Source of the DNA: Lingula anatina
Lineage: Eukaryota > Animalia > Brachiopoda
Reading direction: 5' to 3'
DNA length: 64,000 bases
Assembly (NCBI GenBank): GCA_051362555.1
Contig: CM120645.1
Location: 18,104,001-18,168,000 of the forward strand
Under the pieces are notes generated by a model. The model saw only the letters and a program-made list of their open reading frames with translations, was not told the origin of the DNA and did no database searches. Of this stretch, positions 40,313 through 53,405 are shown piece by piece; positions within the stretch are counted from its first letter, which is position 1; each line of letters starts with the position of its first letter. A program made the position numbers and the translations under genes.

Positions 40313-40959
40313 TTATACAACCGAAAATGACACTATTTAAAACAGCTGCACATTATAGAAAAGAATTAAGTTCTCAGAAAAATATTGTCATGTGTTTTTG
40401 TCATGTCTCTATTATTCACTATGTCTTTTCTTTTATAAAGGAATTGGGCGTCACAAGGATGAAAAAGCAGTGCCTGTCGTCACAAGAAAATAGATGAACA
40501 TCTTAAAGAAGGCAGCATTCCTGTGCTCCTGTTATACATGAATTTCCAGTCTGCAGCTACAATAGAAATTGTTAACCTACGTGTATAACCTCATTGTGTT
40601 TACCTCAGACCCCCTCTCCATCAGATTTATGGAATTAAACATGCTAAAATGGTAAAGGGGAGACTGACTCGCTCTGAGCAAGAGAATAAGTAAACAGTTA
40701 TGTATGGTTGATAATTTTCCTCTGATATTAAGATTAACTACAGAAGTGTAAGCAAGATGAATGAAGGATATGCAAACAGTCTGTCAGTAATAAAACCAGT
40801 TCCAATACAAACAAATTCCAATTGCATAGCTGATTACTACCTATCCAACTTCGGTTAAATATTTCCATCATGCCCAGGGCCTTACTATTAGGGATTATGT
40901 AAAAGGTAAAACTTGCTCTCTGGAGTCTAAAACACATCATAACAATTTTAGAGTGGTTT

Positions 40960-41710
40960 TATCCTTAGAAACGATCCTCTGGTCAGGCAAACTATGGAGA
41001 GGTGACCTCTGACATTTATTGTAATTATAATTTTTGACTTGATGCAATCAATGCTAATACTGACATAACTGCATATAACAAAGTTAGTGATGAGAGATCC
41101 TTTAACCTTTTTTTGTCAAGGAGGGGTGGTTTTCTGTTAAGAGACGAGCCTCTAGCCAGGCAAATTATGGAGAGGTGACCTCAAACACTTTTCGAACTTG
41201 GTGCAATCAATGCTAAAATCCTGACATTACTGAAAATAACAAAGTTAGTGACGAGAGATCCTATTGCATTTTTGGCGAGGAGGGGTGGTTTTCTGTTTAG
41301 AGACGAGCCTCTAGCCAGGCAAATTATGGAGAGGTGACCTCAAACACTATTTTGACTTGGTGCAATCAATGCTAAAATCCTGACATTACTGAAAATAACA
41401 AAGTTAGTGACGAGAGATCCTATTGCCTTTTTTTGTCGAGGAGGGGTGGCTTTCTGTTTAGAGACGAGCCTCTAGCCAGGCAAATTATGGAGAGGTGACC
41501 TCAAACACTATTTTGACTTGGTGTAATCAATGCTAAAATCCTGACATTACTGAAAATAACAAAGTTAGTGACGAGAGATCCTATTGCCTTTTTTGCCGAG
41601 GAGGGGTGGTTTTCTGTTTAGAGACGAGCCTCTAGCCAGGCAAATTATGGAGAGGTGACCTCAAACACTATTTTGACTTGGTGCAATCAATGCTATAATC
41701 CTGACATAAT
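40960..41710. repeat. ~160-bp tandem repeat, about 4.5 copies, highly similar
   Basis: gacgagcctctagccaggcaaattatggagaggtgacctc at ~41143, 41302, 41463 and 41623, with a diverged first copy at ~40970. Confidence 0.95.
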
Positions 41711-42689
41711 TAGCTACTGTCCAGAAGCATGGAGATCATTTCCTGTGAAAGTAATTATCTACGCAAATATGGAGATGTGACCTCTGACATATAATTTTTT
41801 ATTTGCTGTATTTAAACCCTGACAATATTGGAATAAAAATATAGTTACTTTCGATTCTGAAAGTTGTTTGTCGTTTAAAGCGTCAAAATCATATGTCTAC
41901 CTCAAGTGAATTACTCCAGCCAATGCAAGATTGCATAATTTTTTCTCCGAAATGCAAATCACCATATTCAATCTATCAGTTAAATACTTTAATCAAAGTG
42001 CAAAACATTTCATCATGCAAACAATTTGCAAAAGTATTCGCTTTTTCCATAATGTGCTTAATGTAAGATACGGAATAAAGTCCTGTACATAAAATAAATA
42101 GTATACATACAAAAGATCACCACGCATTATTATAAAATTAGTCTTAAGCTTTCAGAAAATAAAAGTTAACAAAATGAGACCTTTCCAGTTAACAAAAGCT
42201 GGAATGTAAGGTGGCCTTTCGCAGTGTAAAAGGTGATAGTTGAACTTTTGAAAACTGAAAGTTAATGAAAATGTGAATGACGGTCTTTCCGAGACGTAAA
42301 AGTTGATAAAAAGATGACCTTTTACAAATGAAAGATGAAAGATGACCTTTTCGTCAAGGTGTTTTTTCATGCAGTGGATTTCCAGAGTGACGTGCGCGTA
42401 TTCGAAATGGTGTGTGTGTGTGGGGGGGGGGGGGGGGGGGGGAGTAACATTTCTCACTCACATGATAGCGCGTATTTTATCTCGTTGGAGTTTAATGAAG
42501 CTGTTATTTTCATATGTTCTCGTAGATACCCGTGAGATTAACTTCTATAAATAATGTACTTTATTTCAAGAGCTCCGGTCCAGTGGCGGAAAGCATAAAG
42601 CTAGTTTTTTTTTTTACCCATTTAGTTTTGAAATTTTTCAGATTTCAGGACGTTTAAAAACTGACAATATTTGGACGTTGAATCATGGC

Positions 42690-44016
42690 GGGTCTAAGGC
42701 ACTAGATGTATAAGACAAACGAAGTGTATAAATAAACACATTGTCTGCCTTTAAACTAGGGCATAAAACTGACCATGTGTGGTTTGATTGACGGCGCAGG
42801 TTTATAGATGTGGCTAGTACACAGTAGCAAGAATGTATGTCTTTCCACTGTAGGTAGAGAACTCTACATACTATTTTGAATGTGAAAGGGCACTTCGGAT
42901 TTTTTTTTTTTTTTTTTTTTTTTGGGGGGGGGGGGTCCTGGGGGCGGTTGAGTCTAATTGACATTGTTATTCCTGCTATATCTATCCTGAGACCAATAAA
43001 GCTGGGAACGTAAGGCTATGGGGATTGAAAAATCTGTCTTTGGGGATGTGTATGGGTCCTTCTGGGTTTTTGTGACATTGGGTGTGGCCGTCCCTGGGGA
43101 GGTTGATTTTAAATTTTACATCGTTATTCGTGCTTCTACCCTTACGCCATTACAGTTGGGAACATGAAACCTTCCGGGCTGATAAGCTTACCATTGAGGA
43201 TATGCATAGGTTTCCGGGAATGTTAGTATGATATTTCAGGTGTGGCTATCCCGGGGGGTGGTTGATTCTATTTTTCACAATTTATTTCTGCCATCTATAC
43301 CCTTAAATTTTAAGGAACATGGAACGGAGATTGATGAACCTGTCATTTTAATGAATGTGCATGGGTCTTTGAGAAATGTAGAGAACAGCAGAAGCACATA
43401 CAGAACTAAATGGACTTCCAGCCATATGCATAAATATAGGTCAGGGAATCCAATTAAAAACTAATTCAAGGCCCCACACACTCGATCAGGAATCCTAGCG
43501 TTTAACTGCTGTTGTGTCTTAACACAAAACAAAAATGTTTATTTCCCAAGAGCAGTAATTAACATGTGTGTTTTATGTTAAAGAACAATGGGACTTGGAC
43601 CCTAGGATTCCTGAGAGTATGGGGTCTTGAATGGGTTTTATTTAACTTGACCTATATTCAAGAATACGACTGAAGGTCTGTTATTTAGTACTGTCTGCTG
43701 CTTTCTGTACATTTCCCCTTCCTTCCTAACTCGAAGACCGCCACCAGATTCACACATACAGGGTAGGATGTAGTACTAGCTGGGTCGGTCCAACTCTGCA
43801 AGGAATCTTAATTGCAATCTATGGAATCAGCTTCATTGCCTGACAAACCACTAATCACTCCACCCCCTAGGGACGGCCACTCCCCAAGTCACACTAATGT
43901 AGCCCACCCATGCACCAAAGACTCATGTTCCTAATTCGAATGGTCTAGGGGGAGATGAAATAAATTACGGTAACATATATGTGTACCATCCCCAGGGACA
44001 GCCACACCCCAGGTCA

Positions 44017-44051
<35 letters not shown>

Positions 44052-44400
44052 CCTATGCACACCCCGACATTTTAGTTTCCTCAACCTAAAGACCTATGGG
44101 TATATAGCAGAAAATACAATTTAAAGATCATAATCAACCACCCCTAGGTCACCAAAGTCACCAAAAATCCGAAGGACACGTGCACATCCCTAATGGCAAG
44201 TTTAAATATCCCCAACGTCTCATGTTCCTCACTTTAATGGATAGAGGATACCAGTAACAACGATATAAAAAAATATATACCCCCCCCCCCCCCAAAGGAC
44301 TGCAAAGTCCCACTACTAAAGGTCTACGGGTAGATAGCAGAAATTACGATGTAAAAATTACAATCAACCACAATTACAATCAACCACAATTCTGAATAAA
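42690..44400. repeat. Degenerate inverted relative of the interior of the 47111-49391 foldback element
   Basis: Shares the aatcaaccacccc(t)agggacggccacaccc subrepeats and the core blocks (atgaatgtgcatgggtctttgag; ctagctgggtcggtccaactctgca) in the opposite orientation. Confidence 0.8.
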
Positions 44401-46148
44401 TATCAATCTACAAGCCTGTTGATCTCGCAGATCAGCTACGTTAATTAGGCTGCTAAACAACAAATAGGCCTACCCCCCCCCCTTCCGAACGCCTTATTAA
44501 CAGGTTTCCAAATGCAGACTGTGCCGCAGATAATACTTTCGGGTCAAATGAGAGCCAGCCAAGGGCACATTTCGGGGACACCATTGATCACATCATGATG
44601 GACATTCACAGGTGTAGGACCAGAACAGAGCCTCTCGGAAACCAAGGGACAGACGTAAATCATTACACTTGCGCGTCTTTCCTCATGGAAAAATTAGTCT
44701 TTTCAGAGTGGGATGCGACTTGATCAAGATAATTGTAGAGCACAATTATATACACGACCTTCTCTGCTTCTTTTTATTATCTATTTATTTATCTTTAATA
44801 ATTGATTCCTATTTGTTTATTTATCCATCTTATAATCCAGTAACTTACGCGTAAATTATGTTTTCATAGCCTGGTTTACCTGATCCAGTAGTTTTATGTA
44901 TCAAGCGGATCTGGGAGGGGAGGACCCAGGGGGTCTGGACCCCCTATTTCCTCCACGCTGATCATAATCTCCCATAATGTACTGATTTTTAGAAATACTG
45001 GATCCTCACCTACATACGCCTGTGTATTTTAAAATTACTCAAAACATGCATCCAATACCACTAAAGAAACCGTATTCAGTCATACAAGTGAATTAAAACG
45101 TACAGTTTACCTATTTTGGATAATATTTACAGTACAAAAACATTATATTTCAAAAACGTTCTCTCTCATAACGTTGGGCCAACAACAGGTACTTTTTCAC
45201 CATTATCCCATGAAGTCGCAGGCAATATCTTATGTGGAGATGAAGTCGCAATTTATCCTATGAAGTCGATTTGACAGTAAAATCAGAGCATTTATCCCAT
45301 GAAGTGGTAATATACCATGAAGTAAACGCACGTGGTCCCCAGCCCATTGCAGACGTCGCTGTTTATCGCCTGCTGATAACAGTGGTTTCCCTACTGGCCT
45401 TTGTGCAAAATAACCGGCTTTCAGTAATCTCTTGTTCACGAGGGACCTTGAAACGGGCGTTTGAATGACATTCTGCGACTCTTTTCTGAGGACACTGGTT
45501 GTCTTTGTACGACCAGCACGGCGTCCTCTAAGGAGAAGGCGATCCTGTCTTCTTGGTGTGAAACGCGAACACCCTGGTCGAGGTATTGGAGTAGGTGCCC
45601 CTGTTGCAGTATTTCTTTGGAGGATTTTCCAAACGGTTCCAGATAAATGTTGAATTACCTTGCAATGGCTGTCCGTTTCTGGCCATTTTCTCTGAAAGCA
45701 AGAATCCCACAGTAAGCTGCGTTGCTTAGCTGTCGAACCATATCTTCACTAAGGTACCTGTCAAGTTTCAGAGCGATCCCTCTGTTGCTTCTCTAAACAC
45801 ACTCCAAAGATTGACCAAACCCATGCGTTTTTATACAAGGGCAGAAATTGCCGAAAAGACCACCCCTCACATTTCTGACCACAGAACATGCAACTGCATG
45901 CATCAATTGTTCGAGAGTTGTGTGGTAATTAGGTAACACACCTGGCTACAGATTGAGTGACACCTCAGCTTTGGATTTAAAGTAGTTAAAGAGAAATGTA
46001 ATATTTTGAAGAAAATTTACTCGCCAAAAATTAATATTCCAGATCAATTCTGTAATTCTGTATTGATAGATACGTATTTGTGATGGACACTTTGGTCATT
46101 TCGACCGCAATGGCTTTAAGCGTTATATACAGGTAAGAGGTCACTGAC

Positions 46149-49100
46149 CTTCATCTCAGCCTGTGACACGTTCACGGGACCGTAGGCCGGATTGTATAGA
46201 CTAGGGTCGGTGTAGGAGGGGTCCATGACGTCATCAGAGTTGAAGTTTGAACTGTCCCAGGACCAATTGCCGTATAATCTAGAATCAGAAAATGAAGTAC
46301 TTATTCTGCCTGTGGTGATAACGACAAATGCAAAATGTTTTTAAAGGAGCAAATGATGAAAATTTGTACAATTAAGACAATGTTTTTGTATCACTTATTT
46401 CTATATATGCTAAAGAATATTACGCATTAATTACAAATCTGATTCTTTTCACCTCTGTATACAGTTTATAAACCATATGGTATTTTATCGCCATATTCTG
46501 AATTTCAAAGAGAAGAAGTCAAGAATAAATATGTAATCAAGCTCATAAGTACATTGATCTTTCTTTCTAATAGTTGTCGTATTTTTTTCCTTATGACTCA
46601 CATGACTCGGCAAATTCCACCGCCTTGTCCTTGGTGACCACGGTGCCATTGGCCATGGTGAAATCGTTGTCCTGGTTGTCGTCCATCAGTCCGCATAGTC
46701 CAGACGTCTGTCCCTTAAAACTGACAGTTAGACCAGAACGTACGTTAAGGAAGAGACGCCCCATCAACGGACTGAACCGGACGTCTACTGTGACAGATAC
46801 CCCTTTGGGGAAATAAAGCGTTGACACAATCAGTGCCAATCACCACAGGCGTGAGGAAAGGAAAGGGGGAACTATTCAATTTGGTTCAAAGAAGTGTACA
46901 GAGTCACTAAACCATGTTTTCCGTGCCTAGGACTACCATGGTTGAAATACGTAGCTAAGCCCTCCACCCCCTCCCGGTGTAACGTGTAAGAGAGCCCGCT
47001 TCCCATTCATTTATACCAGTGAGCCTTGCCCTAGATTTGGACCCATTTAGGTCAGGCAAACCCTAACCATTATAACTATACGGAGGGTGGACTTTCTGTT
47101 ACACGGACCCTGTAGAGCCGCATTTTGCAACCGACCGCATTTTGCAACCGGTTGCAAAATGCGTTCAGTTGCAAAATGCGGTCCTACTAAGTAGAGCCGC
47201 ATTTTGCAACTGAACGCATTTTGCAACTGCAACGCATTTTGCAACCAAAGAAAATCGTGAAAACGCATTTTGCAACTGCAACGCATTTTGCAACCAGGAT
47301 TTTTTTCTAAGTTCCTAAAACAGTTTGAGGTACGAAACAGGTAGAAATGGAGTGGGGACGGGTTTGCTTCGACGAGGTACGCTGAAACTGGTCAGGTTGC
47401 CTCTAGGGCGGGGAAAATATATAATCTATTTCACGTTGTAATTTCTTATACCATTAGGGTTAGGAAGTTGAAACGTCAGGGAATAATAAAGATATTGTTA
47501 GGCATGTACATAGGGGTGTGGCCGTCCCTAGGGGTGGTTGATTGTAATTTTACATTGTATTTTCTGTTATCTACCCTTATATCTTTAGAATTAGGAAATA
47601 AAAGCGTTGGGGATTAATACATCATCGTAAGAAATGTGCGTGGGCACTTCAGATTTTTGGGGAGTTGGGGTGTGTTTTTCTCTGGGGTGGTTGAGATCGT
47701 TAGAGATGTGCTTGGGCACAACGGAATTTTTGTTGACTTGGGGAGTGGCCGTCCCTGGGGATGGTTACTTGACTGTAATATTTTCACCGTAATTTCTGTC
47801 ATCTCTTTCTCGACCATTCGAGTTAGGAACATGAGTCTTTGGTGCATGGGTACAGGGGAATTTTAGTGTGACTTTGGGTGTGACTGTCCCTCAGGGGATG
47901 GGGTGATTGGTGGCATGTCAGACAATTAAGCTGATTCCACTGATTGCACTTAAATGAGATCCCCTGCAGAGTTGGACCGACCCAGCTAGTAGGATGTGTG
48001 AATCTGAAAGCGGTCTTCGAGTTAAGAAGGAAGGGGAATGCAAAGAAAGCAGCAGACAGCACTTAATAACAGACCTTTAGCGGTGTGCTTGGATGTAGGT
48101 CAAGTTAATTAAAAACCCATGCAAGACCCCATACTTTCAAGAATCTTTGTGCATAGCCTCTGTATAGCAACACACATGCTAATTACTATTTATGATTAAT
48201 TGACATGTTTGTTTTGTATTAAGACACAACGGCTAGTTGAATGCCAGGATTTCCGAGTGTGTAGGGCCTTATGGTTGGCATGGATCAAAAGGAGCAGCTT
48301 TAACTGGATTCCTTGACCTATATTCATGCCTATGACTGTAAGTCCGTTTAGTGCTATGTGCGCTGCTGCTGTTCTCTACATTCCTCAAAGACCCATGCAC
48401 ATTCATAAAAAGTGACTGGTTTATCAATCCCCAACGTTTCAAGTTCCTAACTCTAAGAGTAGATAGTAGAAATAACGGTGCAAAAAATAGAATCAGCCAC
48501 CCCCAGGGACGGCCACACCCATCAAAAACGCAGAAGGATCCATACATATCCCTAAAGACATGTTTTCAATCCCCATAGCCTTCCGTTCCTAACTTATATG
48601 GTCTAAAGGTAGATAGCAGAAATTACAACGTCTAATTGTATTCAACCACCCCCAGGACCACAACCTAAGTCAAAAAAAAATTAAATGCCCTTCAACATCC
48701 CAAATGATACTGTAGCTACGTTTCATGTTTTAACTCAAATGGCCGATACAATGGGTAGATAGCAGAAGATACGTTGTAAAATTAGAATCAACCACCCCCA
48801 GGGACAACCACACCCATGTCACAATAAATTTCCGAAGTGCCCATGCATATTTCTTACGATAGTTTATTAATCCCCAACGTTTTTATTTCCTAATTCTGAA
48901 GATATAAGGGTAGATAGGAGAAAAATACGAAGTAAAAAGTACAATCAACCACCCCTAGGGACGGCCACACCCCCAATTAAAAAAATCCGAAATCCCATGC
49001 ACATGCCGAACAAAATGTTTATTAACGTTTAGACTTCCTAACACTAATGGATTAGGAAATTACAACGTGAAATAAGTTTTATATTATCGTCCACCCCAGG

Positions 49101-50610
49101 GGCAGCCTGGCCAGTTTCAGCATACATAGTAGAAGCAAACCCGTCCCCACTCCAATTCTACCTGTCTCGTACTTCAAGCTGTTTCAGGGACTTAGAAAAA
49201 AATCCTGGTTGCAAAATGCGTTGCAGTTGCAAAATGCGTTTTCACGATTTTCTTTGGTTGCAAAATGCGTTGCAGTTGCAAAATGCGTTCAGTTGCAAAA
49301 TGCGGCTCTACTTAGTAGGACCGCATTTTGCAACTGAACGCATTTTGCAACCGGTTGCAAAATGCGGTCGGTTGCAAAATGCGGCTCTACAACCCTCAGT
49401 TTCGTTACACCGACCTCCAGCGGCTTTTTCACACCATATATAGAAGAACACATACCAGTTATTAACTCACAGCCTACAGTGTATATCACATCCAGTGACA
49501 ATAGTGTATGAGAATATTCTCTTCAAATTACGCCCCTTAAGGTAAAAGAACATAAATATAACAGTCTAAATACCGGTGTCATACTGGATTGCAATCATCA
49601 TCACGGCACCAGTGGCGTTGTTCCTGACCTTAGCAATATCTACAATGACGGTGTCGTTGTTAAGCGTCAATCTTGTGTTGTTTTTGGTTATGCTCTGGAC
49701 TAGCCCGTCAATTCTGAGTAAAAAAAGAATTGTTATCTAAACGTACATATGTGTGTTTTATATGCCAGATATACAGAATTTTCTATATTACCGTGAGGTA
49801 CATGGCACATGTAGTAGGACGTCTACAATTACGATCATTTTAATGATACCTTTAAAAATCTTAGAACTATACATCCATTTATTTCATTGACCATATGATT
49901 GATAAAACAAGCGTAACCATCATGCTGTTTGTTAGATCCAAAGTTTGATAGAATCTTTCCCGATTTTAATGTCATATTATTCAAAGGCAATGTTACTAGT
50001 ACACTCTTTATACACTCCCAATTCACCTTAAAGTAGGAAAAGTGGTCTCAGTAGCATTGGTCGGTGTAGTAATGGTGGCCACACTGTGGCCGACCTTGAC
50101 CGCGGCGGCACCAACCAGTGACGCTTGTTTATAGCCGAAGAACCTGACTTGTACGCCAAAGTCGTTAGCTGTACTCATACAGTCCCAGAACTCCCCGATA
50201 CCATGGTAGTCGTAGGAAATACCTTAGGAAACAACGAATTCATACAGTAAGTTATACCATTACTTTAGCAAACATGGGGCACAACGGTTATTTCATTTCA
50301 ACGATTACTTTCCTTTGTTTTTCGAGACGGTATGATTAGGTCAGGAAATAAACATTGATTCATACTTAACCGCCGAAGCATTGTAAAGAAAAAAATTCTC
50401 TAAAATATACACGTATGTTACAAATGTGATTCAAAGAACCGCAGTATATTATGCCTTTCCAAACATTTTGAAAAACATGTCTAAGGATAAAGTGATTTAA
50501 ATTCGATGAGAAATTTGACGATGTTCACCCACCATCTGCTGTCTGTAAGTGAGGATCACCTCCCATGTTTCTTGGTATTCTGACATTACAACAGACGCCA
50601 GTCCAGAATG
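46149..50610 (-). CDS. VWD-domain exons (five exon pieces)
   Basis: Spliced read-through GGDPHLQTAD|GISYDYHGIGEF...VQVR...AAAVKVG...QYDT|GVSVTVDVR...FKGQTSGLCGLMDDNQDNDF...FAES, containing the VWD hallmarks GDPH and GLCG..D....ND. Confidence 0.92.
47111..49391. mobile_element. Ginger-like foldback non-autonomous transposon
   Basis: TGT...ACA ends and 4-bp TSD ACCC (47107-47110 and 49392-49395). About 200 bp of near-identical TIR built from gcattttgcaac repeats, with looser inverted similarity extending to ~500 bp. Confidence 0.88.
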
Positions 50611-50611
50611 A

Positions 50612-53405
50612 GGTATACCAGCCCGCTTGGCGCCAGTTGTCGCTAGTGTGAATTCGTGAATTCGGTCCTTCCACAGTCGCCATGTTGGAAATAATATATG
50701 TTGGACTGTGGCACTGGCCTTAATAAACATGCCTCAGTATTGTTGTGTACCTGAATGTCAAAGTCGGCAAGGTGGGCATAATTTTCCTGAGGATTCAGGG
50801 CTTCGTTTGAAGTGAAGGGTTGCCCATGTCAACACACCTTCCATGTTAAAGGGACAGTTACAACTTGACCCAGGCACAGTAATTAGGCCCCTAAAGATAG
50901 ACGAGTTGCCTCAAAAAGAATACACGTAGAAAGGTTAATTGATCTTGGCAAAACTTATTAAGTTTTGGAAAGAGAGCTCCATAGCAAGAAAGTGCCCCTA
51001 GGAAGTATGATTTATCAAAGTGCGTTTTCCTATGTCCGCAATTTCAGAAGAGTTGTCAGTAAATATACATAAGTGCCGGTAGCCTACTACCTGCATAAGG
51101 TTGTGTTATTAAGTAATATCCTTTTTTATTGATGTATTGAGCATGACCAGTAATGTTAATTAAATAATTATTTTTATTTAAAATAATTATTCAGTCCATC
51201 GTAAGAATCATGAAACTAGGTATAGTTAGATAATTTATTTGCACATGTATAGATGCAATTTCTCAGCCAATGGAATAATGCAGGTTTGGAAATCTTTTTG
51301 TAACAGTTCAAGAAATAAAATTTAAAGAAAGAAAACATTTTATAAATGAACAGTTTTTGTTCTTTTTTTTTTTTTTACAAAATAGCACTTCTGAATTGTT
51401 TTACTTGAGTAGAAACACCATATTATTTCATCGCTCTGAAAATTCATTAAAAAGCAGCAAAACCAAATATTTTATTTAAAAAAAATAATTATTCAGTCCA
51501 TAGTAAAAACCATGAAACCATGTAATACTTATACAATTTATTTGTGCAATAACTTTCCTGAAAACATAGCTGCAATTTCTCAGCCAATGGATTACTGTAG
51601 ATATGGAAAACTTTTTGTAACAGTTTAAGAAATAAAAATTAAAGAAAGCAAACATTTTACAAATAAACAGTTTTTTGTTCCTTTTCACAAAATAGTACTT
51701 ATGAATTATTTTACTTGAATAGAACCACCACATTATGTCATCACTTTGAAAATTCTTTAAAAAGCAGAAAAAACAAATTATTTGCTGTAAATACAACTAT
51801 CAAATTATTTCATCCCACTGAAAATACTTTACAAATAGCATCATAGGATTTTTTTTTTCATTACAGTTAAATATTATTAAAAACAGCATAAACACATAGT
51901 ACTTTTTGTAAAGAATATAGCACCACCAAATTATTTCATTTTAATTAACAATTTTTTTTTAATGGCACTTCAAAATTGTGATTGCAGCTAAAACCATCTC
52001 ATACAGGGGTACTTTCTATAAACTAGCTGACACATACTTCCTATAGTGTTTTTCATTAAATAAAGTTATCCTGGGCAAAATACATGTAGAAAAATATCCA
52101 GTGTCAGAATGGATCAACCCCACAAACAGATCTTTGAATGTAAACACAACAAAATTGCAGAATGGGCGATTTGTAATGAACATCTGGCCTTCTAACTGAA
52201 TATAGTATTTGCGGGTTTTCTTTAGGCCCAGATTCGTGCACGAGATACACATTCCAAAAAGGGGAAATCAGGTCCGGGTCCAACTGTCATGTGTCTGCAA
52301 TGGTTTTGGACACAACAATGATTCATACAGTTTGTTCATATACTCCTTCTCTGTAGCTGCAATTATCTCTCCAAATCTGGAAGCAGTGATCCTCCATTGT
52401 CTCTCCTTGTGTCAGATTGCGCTCTTTCCTTGTTATAACTTGCTATGCTCAGTGTCCTTCGCTGTTTGTTCCTCAACCTGAAATATTCATATCCCATTAA
52501 AGCATGGTAGATGGTTACAGCATTAAATAGTTTAGATACAATATTATAATTCTATGATGTCACACATCACCTAGTTTGATAATTCTTTATCATATTTGGG
52601 CCTGATTCTTAATATTAGACCTCTGTTTTCACTTACATCATTCCCTCTATCCATGCTTTATTCTTTTCATGGCACTTGACAATAGTTGTTGTCCATCACA
52701 GCCGCCTGTAAGTCAGCTTTAGTGTAGGCATAACTGGTGGCTACATCAATCTTTGCAGCTGATGTGAAGTGATAGGTAAGATTCCTGAAGTAATCATTTT
52801 ATCCTGCTCTTGAAGTTGGCTGTCCTGGGGTGCTGAAATCGACAGTTTCAGGCTTTGCCCCCAATATATGGGCCTTCTTTGGGTAACCTTATAAAGAAAA
52901 TAAATAAGTACATTTACTAAGTATTAAAAATCTTCGTCTTTCGTGCTACTAAAAAAATATGGGCGTAGGCCTACTCGTACCTACAGTAGTCTACATGTAC
53001 ATAACATGTCAGATTTGACACACACACCTCGACTAATCTTTGATTTTTTCAAGGAAAATAGTTAGCATTCGTGTTTTTCAAGCACTAAATGGAAAGAAAA
53101 CACATACCTTTCAGTCAATTCACATTTTCATCCAGATGTTATCCAGATGTAATGTAAAGGTTACATCTGATTGTATGAATTCAGTGGCTAGTTTATAGAA
53201 CATTTAGCAGAGATAAGACTCAACCAAATAACGAAGTTGATATAATGATAAATAATTGGAAGGGAAAACATTTGTAAAAAAATATAAAAAAATAAAATAA
53301 TTATCTATTATGCTGTGTAAATTCATGCAACCGCGCCAGCCTATCGTGAATTTACACTTAAATTCAGCACGATTCACCTTGCAACCCGTTGTCTGTCTGA
53401 AAACT
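50612..53405. mobile_element. Internally deleted ISL2EU (Harbinger-related) transposon: THAP-DDE transposase remnant (+) and YqaJ exonuclease remnant (-)
   Basis: From 50729 on the + strand: MPQYCCVPECQ..GGHNFPED..LR.K (THAP start) joined to VNTPSMLKG...RRVASKRIHVERLI (DDE_Tnp_4-type C-terminus). At 52016-52480 on the - strand: WRITASRFG and YYIQLEGQMFITNRPFCNFVVFT. The two genes are convergent. Confidence 0.85.
51165..51790. repeat. Two tandem ~300-bp AT-rich copies inside the ISL2EU element
   Basis: aaaataattattcagtccat at ~51180 and ~51483, with collinear sequence downstream of each. Confidence 0.85.

Larger units (their letters stand above)
37205..42376. mobile_element. CACTA/EnSpm (CMC)-type non-autonomous element
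   Basis: TIR CACTGCATGAAAAA / TTTTTCATGCAGTG and 3-bp TSD GAT (37202-37204 and 42377-42379). Subterminal aaagNNNNNcttt repeats at both ends. Confidence 0.85.
36998..45324. mobile_element. Unclassified TIR element with subterminal ACTTCAT repeats, inserted in the Tc1 transposase
   Basis: Perfect 25-bp TIR TACTTCATGGTATATTACCACTTCA at both ends. Several acttcat/atgaagt subrepeats at 37000-37120 and 45205-45324. Confidence 0.8.
36089..45900 (-). mobile_element. Tc1-family (DD34E) transposon, decayed and split by an 8.3-kb nested insertion
   Basis: N-terminal half at 45325-45741 (ATG 45741, HTH, KRLLKAGYFAQRPVGKPLLS..DKQRRLQWA). C-terminal half at 36402-36997 (VVFSDEAR, QDDWATPH, WPANSPDMNPIE, with 34 residues between D and E). 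TA-CAGGG end at ~36089. Confidence 0.88.

Noticed and set aside
47047-49443. Twin ORFs MRCSCKMRFHDF... on opposite strands
   Set aside because: They are translations of the repetitive TIRs of the foldback element.
52016-52480. Phage or bacterial horizontal transfer of a YqaJ recombinase
   Set aside because: It is paired with THAP-DDE remnants, as expected for a eukaryotic ISL2EU transposon.
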